The position numbers were made by a program, and so were the translations under genes. Shown one piece after another: positions 54,607 to 64,000 of a stretch of DNA of 64,000 nt (position 1 is the stretch's first letter; every line of letters begins with the position of its first letter). Origin of the DNA: an uncultured delta proteobacterium (GTDB lineage Bacteria > Desulfobacterota > Binatia > UBA9968); assembly GCA_963727625.1 (NCBI GenBank), contig CAVSHR010000004.1, positions 1,504,001 through 1,568,000 of the forward strand, read 5' to 3'. The notes below the pieces were generated by a model. It saw only the letters and a list, made by a program, of their open reading frames with translations, searched no databases and had not been told where the DNA came from.

Positions 54607-55647
54607 CTAGCAAAACTGTTTCAGAAACCTCAGATCATTTTGAAAAAATAACCGAATATCATCGATGCCGTACTTGAGCATGGCGATGCGCTCCACTCCC
54701 ATGCCAAACGCGAAACCGGACACATGCTCCGGGTCGTAGCCGACGAATTGGAAAACCGCCGGATCGATCATGCCGGCGCCAAGGATTTCCAACCAGCCGG
54801 TAGCCTTGCATACGCGGCAGGTTTGACCCGACTTGTTGGTTCCGCTGCCGCCGCAGATTACGCATTGGATATCGATTTCAGCACTTGGCTCGGTGAACGG
54901 GAAAAAGCTCGGCCGAAATCGCACGGCGAGTTCCCGGCCGAAAATTTGCCGTAAAAAAAGCGTCAATACGCCCTTGAGATCCGAGAACGCGATAGCGCAG
55001 TCGACCATGAATCCTTCGACCTGATGAAACATCGGCGAATGGGTCGCATCGTCGTCGTGGCGATAGACCGCGCCCGGCACAATCACTTGCAGCGGTGGTT
55101 TGCGGCTTTCCATAGTGCGGATCTGCACCGGCGAGGTATGGGTCCGCAGTAGCCGGTTATTGGCAACGAAGAAGGTATCTTGCATATCGCGCGCAGGATG
55201 GTCCTTCGGGATGTTAAGCGCTTCGAAGTTATGGTAATCGTCTTCGATATCCGGACCGCGCGCGATCTCGAAGCCCATGCCCAAAAAAATATCGACGATC
55301 TCGTCGATCACCAGAGTCAGCGGGTGGTAACTGCCGCGCCCCCAGCGCGCGCCGGGAAGCGTGACGTCGATGCGCTCGTCTAGCAGGCTCTGGGCTTTCG
55401 CCCGTCGCTTGACCGCGACGAACCGTTCGTCCAGACGCTCGTCAATCAGACGCTTCAGCTGGTTTAATTGTTCGCCGACCCGCGGACGCTCTCCTACAGG
55501 CAAGTCTTTGAGGCCGCGCAGTAGGAGGGTGATCCTCCCACTGCGTCCCAGTATTTCAACTCGTATCTGCTCGAGATCCTTTTCCGAGTTGGATTGTTGG
55601 ATGCGAGCCAAAACCTCTCCTTGGAGAGATTCCAGGGAATCGTTCAT
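54607..55647 (-). CDS. pheS: Phenylalanine-tRNA ligase alpha subunit
   Basis: HPARDMQDTF, LRTHTS, FPFTEPS, GFAFGMGVER. Confidence 0.97.
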   Translation of the reverse strand: MNDSLESLQGEVLARIQQSNSEKDLEQIRVEILGRSGRITLLLRGLKDLPVGERPRVGEQLNQLKRLIDERLDERFVAVKRRAKAQSLLDERIDVTLPGARWGRGSYHPLTLVIDEIVDIFLGMGFEIARGPDIEDDYHNFEALNIPKDHPARDMQDTFFVANNRLLRTHTSPVQIRTMESRKPPLQVIVPGAVYRHDDDATHSPMFHQVEGFMVDCAIAFSDLKGVLTLFLRQIFGRELAVRFRPSFFPFTEPSAEIDIQCVICGGSGTNKSGQTCRVCKATGWLEILGAGMIDPAVFQFVGYDPEHVSGFAFGMGVERIAMLKYGIDDIRLFFQNDLRFLKQFC

Positions 55648-55669
55648 TGCTTAAAGGCTCAGGAGACGC

Positions 55670-56029
55670 TTAAGCGCTAAGGTGAGACTTTGCCGCCTGG
55701 GCCAACTGCCCGAAACCCGCCATGTCGGTCATGGCTATTTGCGCGAGGACCTTGCGGTCCAATTCGACTCCTGCTTGTTTTAGCCCTTTGATCAACTGGC
55801 TATAAGAGATCCCGTTAATTTTCGCCGCCGCGCCGATGCGCGTGATCCATAACCCGCGAAAAGTTCTCTTCTTGACCCGCCGGTCGCGGTACGCGAACAT
55901 CCCGGCTCGCTCCACGGTCTCCCGCGCCGAGCGGTATAACCGACCCCGGCCGCCGACGTAACCCTTGGCGAGCTTCATGATCTTTTTGCGCCGCTGTCTA
56001 GATTTGCTTCCACCTTTAGCTCTAGGCAC
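55670..56029 (-). CDS. rplT: 50S ribosomal protein L20
   Basis: AKGY.G, AYRDRR.KKR.FR.LWI.RI, LDRKVLA. Confidence 0.97.
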   Translation of the reverse strand: MPRAKGGSKSRQRRKKIMKLAKGYVGGRGRLYRSARETVERAGMFAYRDRRVKKRTFRGLWITRIGAAAKINGISYSQLIKGLKQAGVELDRKVLAQIAMTDMAGFGQLAQAAKSHLSA

Positions 56030-56138
56030 GATAAAACTCCTTTTCTAATTAGTCCCGAATCCTGGGCGCCGCATATAGAGGGTTTGGGGAACCAATCGCC
56101 GATCCCTGATTGTCGCGGTTGCTCACTTTTCGACCCTT

Positions 56139-56336
56139 CTACTTATAGGGTATTAACTGACGAATGTTGCGCGCTTCGACCGCGGAAACCAAGCCCGCCC
56201 TGCGCAGATGCCGTTTGCGCTTCTTGCTTTTGGTCGAGAGGATATGGCTCTTGTATCCCTTGTTACGTTTGATCTTGCCGCTTCCCGTGACGCGAAATCG
56301 CTTCGCGGCAGCTCGGTTGGTTTTAATTTTTGGCAC
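56139..56336 (-). CDS. rpmI: 50S ribosomal protein L35
   Basis: MPKIKT..AAKRF..TG.GK...H.L..K..KRKR.L. Confidence 0.96.
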   Translation of the reverse strand: MPKIKTNRAAAKRFRVTGSGKIKRNKGYKSHILSTKSKKRKRHLRRAGLVSAVEARNIRQLIPYK

Positions 56337-56379
56337 TTTCTACTCCTCTAAATTATGATCTCTGGCAATCCAATAGATA

Positions 56380-56889
56380 TCATCCCTTCGGGGTCAGCAG
56401 CATCGCCATGTTCCGCCCTTCCAGGCGCGGCTCGATATCGACTTTGGCGATATCTTGTATCTGCGTCACCACGCCCTTGAGCATTTGCCTGCCCAACTCG
56501 GGATGGGTAATTTCCCGTCCGCGGAAGAAAACCGAAACTTTGACCCTTTGCCCTTCCTCGATAAACTTACGGATATTGCGAACCTTATGCTCCACATCGT
56601 GAGCATCGGTGCGCGATCCCATCTTCACTTCTTTGATTTCGACGACCGTGTGTTTGTTTGCTGCGCCGTGGGATTTCTTTTTCTGCTCATAGCGGAACTT
56701 GCCGTAATCCATCATACGACAGACCGGCGGCTGGGCCTCCGCTGCGACTTCCACTAAGTCCAGCTCCTGCGCTTCTACCTGCTTGAGCGCTTCATGCAAC
56801 GGCATGACACCGAGCTGCTCTCCCTTCGGTCCGATGACACGCACTTCACGGGCGCGAATTTGATGATTGATTCTCGCTTCTCTGGCGAT
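56380..56889 (-). CDS. infC: Translation initiation factor IF-3, ATC start
   Basis: GGAGGT SD, then ATC GCC AGA GAA...INHQIRAREVRVI in frame with ORF 56380-56844; LDLVEV, PPVC, DYGK, FRGRE. Confidence 0.93.
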   Translation of the reverse strand: MAREARINHQIRAREVRVIGPKGEQLGVMPLHEALKQVEAQELDLVEVAAEAQPPVCRMMDYGKFRYEQKKKSHGAANKHTVVEIKEVKMGSRTDAHDVEHKVRNIRKFIEEGQRVKVSVFFRGREITHPELGRQMLKGVVTQIQDIAKVDIEPRLEGRNMAMLLTPKG

Positions 56890-56922
56890 AGGGCACCTCC
56901 ACTCCTCGCGTGATGGTTATTT

Positions 56923-58836
56923 CTATGCTTCTCCCATTTCTTGTGCAACCTCGGCGCGCAGCTTTGCGCTGAAATCGGCCAGCGCCATGGGCGCCAAGCT
57001 TTCACCGCCGCGCCGGCGCGGCGCCAAGGTCTGGGCCGCTACTTCCTTGTCGCCGATCACGATGGCGTAAGGGATTTTAGCCAGCTGGGCTTCGCGGATC
57101 TTGTAGCCGAGCTTTTCGTTGCGTCCGTCCAACTCGACGCGCCACCCCTGGCGGCGCAGCTCTTCGAGCACTTCTCCAGCGTATTTCTTGTGCTCGTCGG
57201 TTACCGTCAGAATTTTTAATTGAACCGGCGCCAGCCACAGCGGAAACGCGCCGGCACAGTGCTCCAGAAGGATCGCAATAAAACGCTCGATGGAGCCGAG
57301 TACCGCCCGATGCAGCATCACCGGCGTACCTTCGCTCCCTTCCGACGTGACGTATTTGAGACCAAAACGCTCGGGCATGGCACAGTCGATCTGCACCGTG
57401 GCGAGGGTCCACGAGCGTTCCAGCACATCGCGGAAATCAAAGCCGATCTTCGGCCCGTAAAATGCGCCTTCTCCCGGCAAAACTTCCACGGAGAATCCCG
57501 ACCGTTCGAGGCAGCGGCGCAGTGCCGCTTCGGCGGCCTCCCAGAGCTCGACGGGGCCGAGAAACTTTTCCGGCCGCGTTTGCAGCGTGACCGCGATGCG
57601 ATCAAAGCCAAATACGTTATAGACCTCTTGGGTCATGGCGACGAATTGCTCCAGCTCGCTATCCAACTGCTCGGGCGTGCAATAAATATGAGCGTCGTCC
57701 TGGGCGAACGACCGCACCCGCGTCAAGCCGGATAGCACGCCGGACGGCTCAAAGCGATGCAGCCGGCTGAAATCGGCGTAACGAATCGGCAAATCGCGAT
57801 AGGAATACTTGCGCGACGCGAAAAGGTAGCAATGCCCCGGACAGTTCATCGGCTTCACGCCGTACTCACCGTCGTGCACGTTCATCAAAAACATGTCATC
57901 GTGAAACGCTTCATAATGCCCCGAAGTTTTCCACAAATCCGTCTTGTAGATCAGCGGCGTCACCACCTCACTGTAGCCGTAACGGCCGTAAAGGCCGCGG
58001 ATGTACTGCACCAGCAGGTTGTAAATGATCGTTCCCTTGGGATGAAAGAACGGCGAGCCCGGCGCGATCGGATGAAGAGAGAACAGATCCAGGGCGGGGC
58101 CGAGACGGCGATGATCGCGCTGTTTCGCTTCTTCGATGCGCTTGAGATAGGCGTCCAAATCTCTACGATTGGCCCACGCCGTCCCGTAAATCCGCTGCAA
58201 CTGTTCGTTTTTCGAGTCGCCGCGCCAATAGGCGCCGGCGATGCTGGTCAGTTTGAAGGCCTTGATCACCGCCGTGCTCGGCACATGGGGACCGCGGCAG
58301 AGGTCCACCCAATCGCCCTGGCGATAAAGGGAAACCGTCTCTTCGGGTATACCTTCAATGATTTGAACTTTGTAATCTTCGCCCATCTTACGGAATAGCT
58401 CGATCGCCTGGCTGCGCGGCAATTCTTCGCGCACGACTTTCATGTCGGTTTTAGCCAATTCTTGCATACGCTTTTCGATGAGCTCTAGATCTTCCGGGGA
58501 AAATGCGCGCTCGCTTTTGAAGTCGTAATAAAACCCGTCTTCGATGGTCGGCCCGATGGTCACTTGTGTCCCCGGAAACAAGCCCTGCACCGCCTGCGCC
58601 ATCAGATGCGCGGTGGAGTGGCGCAAGACATCGAGACCGTCACGGCTTTCCGGCATGACAAACTCCAGCGCGCAATCTTTGTCAAGCACGCTGGCAAGAT
58701 CTACCGCGTGGCCGTCGACTTTGGCGGCGATGGCGGTCTTTTTCACGCCGGCGGACGCGGCAATCTCCTCGACCCTGGCGCCGGGATGAACGTCGACGGC
58801 TTTGCCGTCGACCAAGGTGACGTGAATGCTATCCAT
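56923..58836 (-). CDS. thrS: Threonine-tRNA ligase
   Basis: RHSTAH, DLCRGPH, RDHR, KPMNCP, QDDAH, AFYGPK. Confidence 0.97.
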   Translation of the reverse strand: MDSIHVTLVDGKAVDVHPGARVEEIAASAGVKKTAIAAKVDGHAVDLASVLDKDCALEFVMPESRDGLDVLRHSTAHLMAQAVQGLFPGTQVTIGPTIEDGFYYDFKSERAFSPEDLELIEKRMQELAKTDMKVVREELPRSQAIELFRKMGEDYKVQIIEGIPEETVSLYRQGDWVDLCRGPHVPSTAVIKAFKLTSIAGAYWRGDSKNEQLQRIYGTAWANRRDLDAYLKRIEEAKQRDHRRLGPALDLFSLHPIAPGSPFFHPKGTIIYNLLVQYIRGLYGRYGYSEVVTPLIYKTDLWKTSGHYEAFHDDMFLMNVHDGEYGVKPMNCPGHCYLFASRKYSYRDLPIRYADFSRLHRFEPSGVLSGLTRVRSFAQDDAHIYCTPEQLDSELEQFVAMTQEVYNVFGFDRIAVTLQTRPEKFLGPVELWEAAEAALRRCLERSGFSVEVLPGEGAFYGPKIGFDFRDVLERSWTLATVQIDCAMPERFGLKYVTSEGSEGTPVMLHRAVLGSIERFIAILLEHCAGAFPLWLAPVQLKILTVTDEHKKYAGEVLEELRRQGWRVELDGRNEKLGYKIREAQLAKIPYAIVIGDKEVAAQTLAPRRRGGESLAPMALADFSAKLRAEVAQEMGEA

Positions 58837-58853
58837 GCCGGTCGTTCAAAAAA

Positions 58854-58928
58854 TGGTAGGCACGGGCAGGATTGAACTGCCGACCTCTTCCGTGTCAAGG
58901 AAGCGCTCTCCCACTGAGCTACGTGCCT
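58854..58928 (-). tRNA. tRNA-Val(GAC)
   Basis: AGGCACGTAGCTCAGTGGGAGAGCG, anticodon arm CTTCC-TTGACAC-GGAAG, GTTCAATC, CCA. Confidence 0.96.
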
Positions 58929-59088
58929 GCGTGAATAAGAATAAAGGGTAGTGAACCAAACCAGTTAACTCAACATCTCTGAAACGCGGCACGGCCGGAC
59001 CTGCCAGACGCTTCTCGGCTAGATCCCGGCAGCCATCGGTATCCTAATGGCAAGAGACCGATTTTATTACCAATTTTTAGCCCCGGTG

Positions 59089-59655
59089 TCAACCTGGGGG
59101 GCTGATGGAAGATGCCCTATTCTGCAGCCAGATCATGCTGCGATAAAGATAATGCAGACCCGACGCGACTGTGGTGATAGCGCTGGCGCCAATAAAAAAA
59201 TCCAACACCGACCCGCTTAGAAGACGCGCGTCATGGAGCATGAGCAACGCAACCGCTAAGGTCAGCAGCTGAAAAGTTGTACTCCATTTGCCGAGCAGAC
59301 TCGGCCTGACCTGCAAGCGCTCCTCGACCAAAACGTAGATGATACAGTAACCCAATACAATCAATGCATCCCGGGCCACGACCACCACGGCCAGCCAAGT
59401 AGGAATCCCTCCGACCGAGGCCAGCATGATGAACGACGACACGACCAGCAACTTGTCCGCGACCGGGTCTAAGTACGCCCCGAGAGCGGTTTGCTGATTC
59501 ATCCAACGCGCCGTAAAACCGTCGAGAAAGTCGGTCAATCCGCCGATGGCGAAAACCACCAGCGCCTCCCAATAAAAATGATAGGCGAGAAATTCAAGGA
59601 AGATCGGAATCGTCAGGATCCGAAAAAGCGTCAGGCAGTTCGGCAGATTCAGCAT
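59089..59655 (-). CDS. CDP-alcohol phosphatidyltransferase (PgsA-like)
   Basis: NLPN.LT..R, D..DG..AR.....G..LD..AD signature. Confidence 0.9.
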   Translation of the reverse strand: MLNLPNCLTLFRILTIPIFLEFLAYHFYWEALVVFAIGGLTDFLDGFTARWMNQQTALGAYLDPVADKLLVVSSFIMLASVGGIPTWLAVVVVARDALIVLGYCIIYVLVEERLQVRPSLLGKWSTTFQLLTLAVALLMLHDARLLSGSVLDFFIGASAITTVASGLHYLYRSMIWLQNRASSISPPG

Positions 59656-59662
59656 AGCCGAG

Positions 59663-60967
59663 CTAGGACATTCGTTCGGCGTGAGGTGCGCTCGACTCCA
59701 AGAGCTTACGCATCTGACCGGCCAGCTTAGGCGTGACCATCGCGGTGACGTGAATCAAGTCGCCGTCGTAAAATTCCTCAACAATGCGGCCGCGCTCGCG
59801 CAAGAGCGCGACCAACTCAGCCTGCCCTGAGGTCAAGCAAGCGTGAAACTCTTCCTTTTCCCGATCAAGAATCTTGCCGATGGTTTCCAGAAGCTGGTTT
59901 ACGCCCACCCCACTTAGCGCCGAAATCGGACAGACATCGAGCACATAGTTATTCTTGAGCTGACGCAATGGCGGGCTTGGAGCTAGATCGACTTTGTTGG
60001 GAACCAGCACACTTGGAATCTCTCCAGCGCCGATTTCCTTTAGGACCTCTTCGATCACGCGAATCTGGTCTTCATAGAACGGGTTGGCCATGTCGACCAG
60101 ATGCAGCAACAAGTCGGCCCGGCAGACTTCCTCCAAAGTGCTTTTGAACGCTTCGATCAACGAGTGGGGAATTTTATTGATGAACCCGACCGTATCGACA
60201 ATCATCACTTTATCACCATTGGGCAAGCGCAAAGCGCGCGTGGTCGGATCCAGCGTGGCGAAAAGCTTATCTTCGACGAACACGCCGGCGCGCGTCAGCA
60301 TGTTCATCAGGGTCGATTTTCCCGCGTTGGTGTAGCCCACCAGAGCCACGGTCGCGAAGGGGACCTCGTGGCGTTCTTTGCGCTGCAGCGAGCGTGTGCG
60401 CTCGACGGTCTTGAGCCGCTGTTTGAGGTGGCCGATACGCTCGCGAATGCGCCGTCGATCCACCTCCAGCTGGGTTTCACCGGGGCCCCGCGTGCCGATG
60501 CCACCGCCGAGGCGTGACAAGTGGGTCCATTGCCGGGTCAGCCGCGGCAAGAGGTATTCGAGCTGCGCCAATTCCACTTGCAGCTTGCCTTCGTTGCTGC
60601 GCGCCCGCTGGGCGAAGATATCGAGGATCAATTGGCTGCGGTCAATCACGCGAACTTTGAACGCGTTTTCCAGATTGCGCTGCTGCGCCGGGGTAAGATC
60701 CTCGTCGACGATCACTAAATCGGCGTGGATCCCTTGCAGCGAGCGCTGGATCTCGTCGACCTTGCCGCGCCCGATCAAGGTCGCGGGCGTGATGTTTTTG
60801 ACCTGCTGGGTGTGTTTCTCGAGCACCGTTGCGCCGGCGGTCTCCGCCAATCTCGCGAGCTCCTCCAAACTCAAATCGAGCGGTGCCTTGGGATCGCGCG
60901 ATGGCAAGTCGACGCCGACCAGCACGGCCCGCTCCTTCGGTTGTCGGGTAGAAATTAACTGTTTCAA
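59663..60967 (-). CDS. hflX: GTPase HflX
   Basis: [44 protein letters not shown]. Confidence 0.96.
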   Translation of the reverse strand: MKQLISTRQPKERAVLVGVDLPSRDPKAPLDLSLEELARLAETAGATVLEKHTQQVKNITPATLIGRGKVDEIQRSLQGIHADLVIVDEDLTPAQQRNLENAFKVRVIDRSQLILDIFAQRARSNEGKLQVELAQLEYLLPRLTRQWTHLSRLGGGIGTRGPGETQLEVDRRRIRERIGHLKQRLKTVERTRSLQRKERHEVPFATVALVGYTNAGKSTLMNMLTRAGVFVEDKLFATLDPTTRALRLPNGDKVMIVDTVGFINKIPHSLIEAFKSTLEEVCRADLLLHLVDMANPFYEDQIRVIEEVLKEIGAGEIPSVLVPNKVDLAPSPPLRQLKNNYVLDVCPISALSGVGVNQLLETIGKILDREKEEFHACLTSGQAELVALLRERGRIVEEFYDGDLIHVTAMVTPKLAGQMRKLLESSAPHAERMS

Positions 60968-63900
60968 GAGATTAGCGAGTGGAAACTGACGCGCGGTCCG
61001 AACAACCTGCCGACCATTGCTTCAAGTTCCGGCGACGGCGAGATGCGAACCTGTTCGGGCAGCTCGATGACCGTTTCACCATTGGCTGGCGCACGCAAAT
61101 GGAGAAAAACCGTGTGCCGTCCCGGAAAATCAAGCAGAGTGTCGCGCAGACGGACCAGCTCATCGGGCGACACTTCGTTCTCGCGCACGTAGAGGTCGAT
61201 CTTTTCAGCGGCGCCGTTGGCAACGGCGTTTTTGGAGTTTTTCGCCGCGTCGGCCAATGCCGTCACCTCGTTGGCGATCACTTGAATCCGCTCTTCGCCC
61301 ACTTCCATTTTACCCTTCACGTAAATCGGATCGTCGGCGCTGAGCAGCTCGGCGCATTTTTTGTAGGTTTCCGGCCATGTGATGACTTCGATAAAGCCGG
61401 TCTTGTCTTCGAGATTGAAACTGCCGTAACGGTCGCCTTTCTTGGTGTTGCGCAGGCGCAATGCAGAAACCACGCCACCGATCCTCACCTCGCCCGCAAG
61501 CGCTTTCTCTTTGAGTGCGGCAATCGTGCCGCCGCTGATCTTTTTGAGCACGCGGTCGTATTTGTCGAGCGGATGGCCGGTGATGTAAAAACCGAGCGCT
61601 TCTTTTTCAAAGGCCAGCGCTTCCTGCTGTGACCATTCGTTGACTGTCGGATAGGCCTCACCGGCTTTCTTCGCGCCTTTGCTCGGCGCGCCGAGCATGC
61701 CGAAGATGTCGATCTGATTGCTTGCCTGGTCGCGCTGGTGCGCCTGGCCGACCTTCATGGCGTCGTCCAATGCGCCCGTCATGCGCGCCCGCGAAACCTG
61801 CGTGGAATCGAACGCGCCGCACTTGATCAAGCTTTCGATCACCCTCCGGTTGACCGCCGCCATATCGACGCGCCGGCAAAAATCAAAAAGCGATTCGAAG
61901 GGGCCGTCCTTGTTACGGCTCTGGAGAATCATTTCGACCGCTTTTTCACCGACATTTTTCACGCCGGCCAGTCCGAATCGAATCTTGTCGCCCACCGGCG
62001 TAAAATCGGAGAGGCTCTCGTTGATGTCCGGTGCCAGCACCTCGATGTCTTTATCACGGCACTCGGCGAGATTCTTGATGACCTTGTCGGTATCGCCCAT
62101 TTCGGAAGTCAAAAGCGCCGCCATGAACTCGACCGGGTAGTGGGTCTTCAAATATGCCGTCTGATAGGAAACCAGCGCGTAAGCCGCCGAGTGCGACTTG
62201 TTAAACCCGTAGCGCGCGAAGGTTTCCATCTGATCGAAGATTTCCGTAGCTTTTTTCTCGTCGATCTTTTTCGCCACGGCGCCGCTGACGAAGCGCTCGC
62301 GCTGCGCCGCCATTTCTTCCGGATCTTTTTTGCCCATGGCACGGCGCAGGATATCGGCTTCGCCCATGGTATAACCGGCCAGGATTTGCGCCGTCTGCAT
62401 CACCTGCTCCTGGTACACGATAACGCCGTAGGTGTCTGTTAAAATCGGCTCGAGCAGCGAGTGTAAATATTTGACTTTCTCTTTGCCGTTTTTACGCTTG
62501 ATATAGTCGTCTGCCATGCCGCTATCGAGCGGACCCGGCCGGTAGAGCGCAAGAATCGCGACCAGATCCTCGAAACTGCTGGGCCGGATTTTTACGGTCA
62601 TCTCTCGGATACCCGTGCTTTCCAGCTGGAACACACCGGTGGTATTGCCCTGACAAAGCGTCCGATACGTTTTTTTGTCGTCGAGCCGTAGATGCTCGAG
62701 ATCGACCTTAACGCCACGAGTGATTTCTATGAGCTTTAGGCAATCATGAAGCAGCGTGAGCGTCTTGAGGCCGAGAAAGTCGAACTTCACCAGACCAATT
62801 TTCTCCACCCAGCTCATTTCGTATTGGGTGACGATGCCGCCTTCTTTATCGACAAACAACGGCAAATGATCGACCAGCGGAAGATTGGAGAGGACGACAC
62901 CGGCGGCGTGGGTCGAAGCGTGGCGCACCAACCCTTCCAAGCGCAAAGCATGATCCATCAGGGTCTTTACCCGGGGATCGTTCTTCATCAGCTCGGGTAG
63001 GCGAGGTTCCATTTTTATCGCTTCGGTCAGCGGATAGTCAAAACCCTGCTTGGGCGCGGGAATCAGTTTGGCAATCGCGTCAGTTTCGGCAAAGGAAAGA
63101 CCGATGGCGCGGCCGACGTCTCTAATGGCCGCCTTTGCTTTGAGGGTTCCGAAAGTGGCGATCTGCGCAACACGGTCCGCGCCATATTTGTCTTTGACAT
63201 ATTGAATCACCTGGGCTCGGCCGCGGATACAAAAATCCACGTCGATATCGGGCATTGACTTGCGCTCGGGATTGAGAAAACGCTCAAACAGTAGGACGTG
63301 GCGGATCGGATCGAGGTCGGTGATGCGCAGCGCGTAGGCCACCAGGCTTCCGGCGGACGAGCCGCGACCGGGGCCCACGGGAATGCCGTTACGTTTGGCG
63401 TAATTAATGAAATCGGCGACCACCAAAAAATAGCCGGGAAACTGCATGTCCTTGATCACGCGCAGCTCGTATTCCAGCCGCGCCAAGTAGGTTTTTCGCA
63501 CCTCCGGGTCAGTGACGCCTCCGAGGCGTTCATCCAAGCCCTGGTGCGCCAGTTCGTCCAGGTAGTCGCCGAGACTGATCTGCTTCGGCGGGGTAAATGT
63601 CGGGAAGTGATATTTGCCGAATTCGATTTCGAGATTGCAGCGGTCCGCGATTTCCAGAGACCGCTCCACAGCGCCCGGGCAGTAGTCGAACCCGCGCATC
63701 ATCTCTTCGGCGGACTTTAAAAAGAGCTCGTCGGTTTCCAACTTTAGACGGTTTTCGTCATTGACCGTTTTTCCGGTCTGGACGCACAGCAACACGTCGT
63801 GGGCATGAAAATCGTCGCGCTCGCCGTAGTGGCAGTCGTTGGTTGCAACCACCGGAATCGAAACTTCCTTGGCCAAATCGATCAACAGCCGGTTAACTTT

Positions 63901-64000
63901 CTCCTGCTCCGGCAACTTGTTGTCCTGGATCTCGATATAGTAGCGGTCGCCGAAGATCGACGCGTATTGCTCCACGGCCGCTTTGGCCTTCTCGTAATTG
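60964..64000 (-). CDS. dnaE: DNA polymerase III alpha subunit (5' end beyond window)
   Basis: [35 protein letters not shown] domain. Confidence 0.96.
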   Translation of the reverse strand, partial: NYEKAKAAVEQYASIFGDRYYIEIQDNKLPEQEKVNRLLIDLAKEVSIPVVATNDCHYGERDDFHAHDVLLCVQTGKTVNDENRLKLETDELFLKSAEEMMRGFDYCPGAVERSLEIADRCNLEIEFGKYHFPTFTPPKQISLGDYLDELAHQGLDERLGGVTDPEVRKTYLARLEYELRVIKDMQFPGYFLVVADFINYAKRNGIPVGPGRGSSAGSLVAYALRITDLDPIRHVLLFERFLNPERKSMPDIDVDFCIRGRAQVIQYVKDKYGADRVAQIATFGTLKAKAAIRDVGRAIGLSFAETDAIAKLIPAPKQGFDYPLTEAIKMEPRLPELMKNDPRVKTLMDHALRLEGLVRHASTHAAGVVLSNLPLVDHLPLFVDKEGGIVTQYEMSWVEKIGLVKFDFLGLKTLTLLHDCLKLIEITRGVKVDLEHLRLDDKKTYRTLCQGNTTGVFQLESTGIREMTVKIRPSSFEDLVAILALYRPGPLDSGMADDYIKRKNGKEKVKYLHSLLEPILTDTYGVIVYQEQVMQTAQILAGYTMGEADILRRAMGKKDPEEMAAQRERFVSGAVAKKIDEKKATEIFDQMETFARYGFNKSHSAAYALVSYQTAYLKTHYPVEFMAALLTSEMGDTDKVIKNLAECRDKDIEVLAPDINESLSDFTPVGDKIRFGLAGVKNVGEKAVEMILQSRNKDGPFESLFDFCRRVDMAAVNRRVIESLIKCGAFDSTQVSRARMTGALDDAMKVGQAHQRDQASNQIDIFGMLGAPSKGAKKAGEAYPTVNEWSQQEALAFEKEALGFYITGHPLDKYDRVLKKISGGTIAALKEKALAGEVRIGGVVSALRLRNTKKGDRYGSFNLEDKTGFIEVITWPETYKKCAELLSADDPIYVKGKMEVGEERIQVIANEVTALADAAKNSKNAVANGAAEKIDLYVRENEVSPDELVRLRDTLLDFPGRHTVFLHLRAPANGETVIELPEQVRISPSPELEAMVGRLFGPRVSFHSLIS

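Overview
Bacterial chromosome segment. GC is high in the flanks, and gene order and style resemble Deltaproteobacteria-like lineages such as Ca. Binatia (inference). The left arm (1-26.6 kb) is mostly housekeeping and metabolic: FAD/Fe-S oxidoreductase, EamA, UDG, an actinobacterial-type three-gene succinate dehydrogenase, pilT/pilU, SDR-ALDH-UbiD, purC, thiC, orphan nuoI, apt, nlpD, pcm and tRNA-Pro. The right arm (51.7-64 kb) is the conserved dnaE-hflX-pgsA-tRNA-Val-thrS-infC-rpmI-rplT-pheST-ihfA-merR block. Between merR and tRNA-Pro lies a ~24.5 kb, visibly AT-richer NRPS island on the opposite strand, preceded by a sigma54-type promoter. It is built almost entirely from single-module proteins with repeated head and tail docking peptides. 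It also shows a ~136-bp conserved head repeat, A domains lacking the amine-binding Asp, a Lys2-like A domain, an oxalyl-CoA-ligase-like loader, two Cys-nucleophile thioesterases, two head-to-tail deletion scars and several frameshifts. A second strong signal is an ArsC/Spx-family selenoprotein truncated by the ORF track (UxxC, in-frame TGA at 18157, downstream SECIS-like hairpin).
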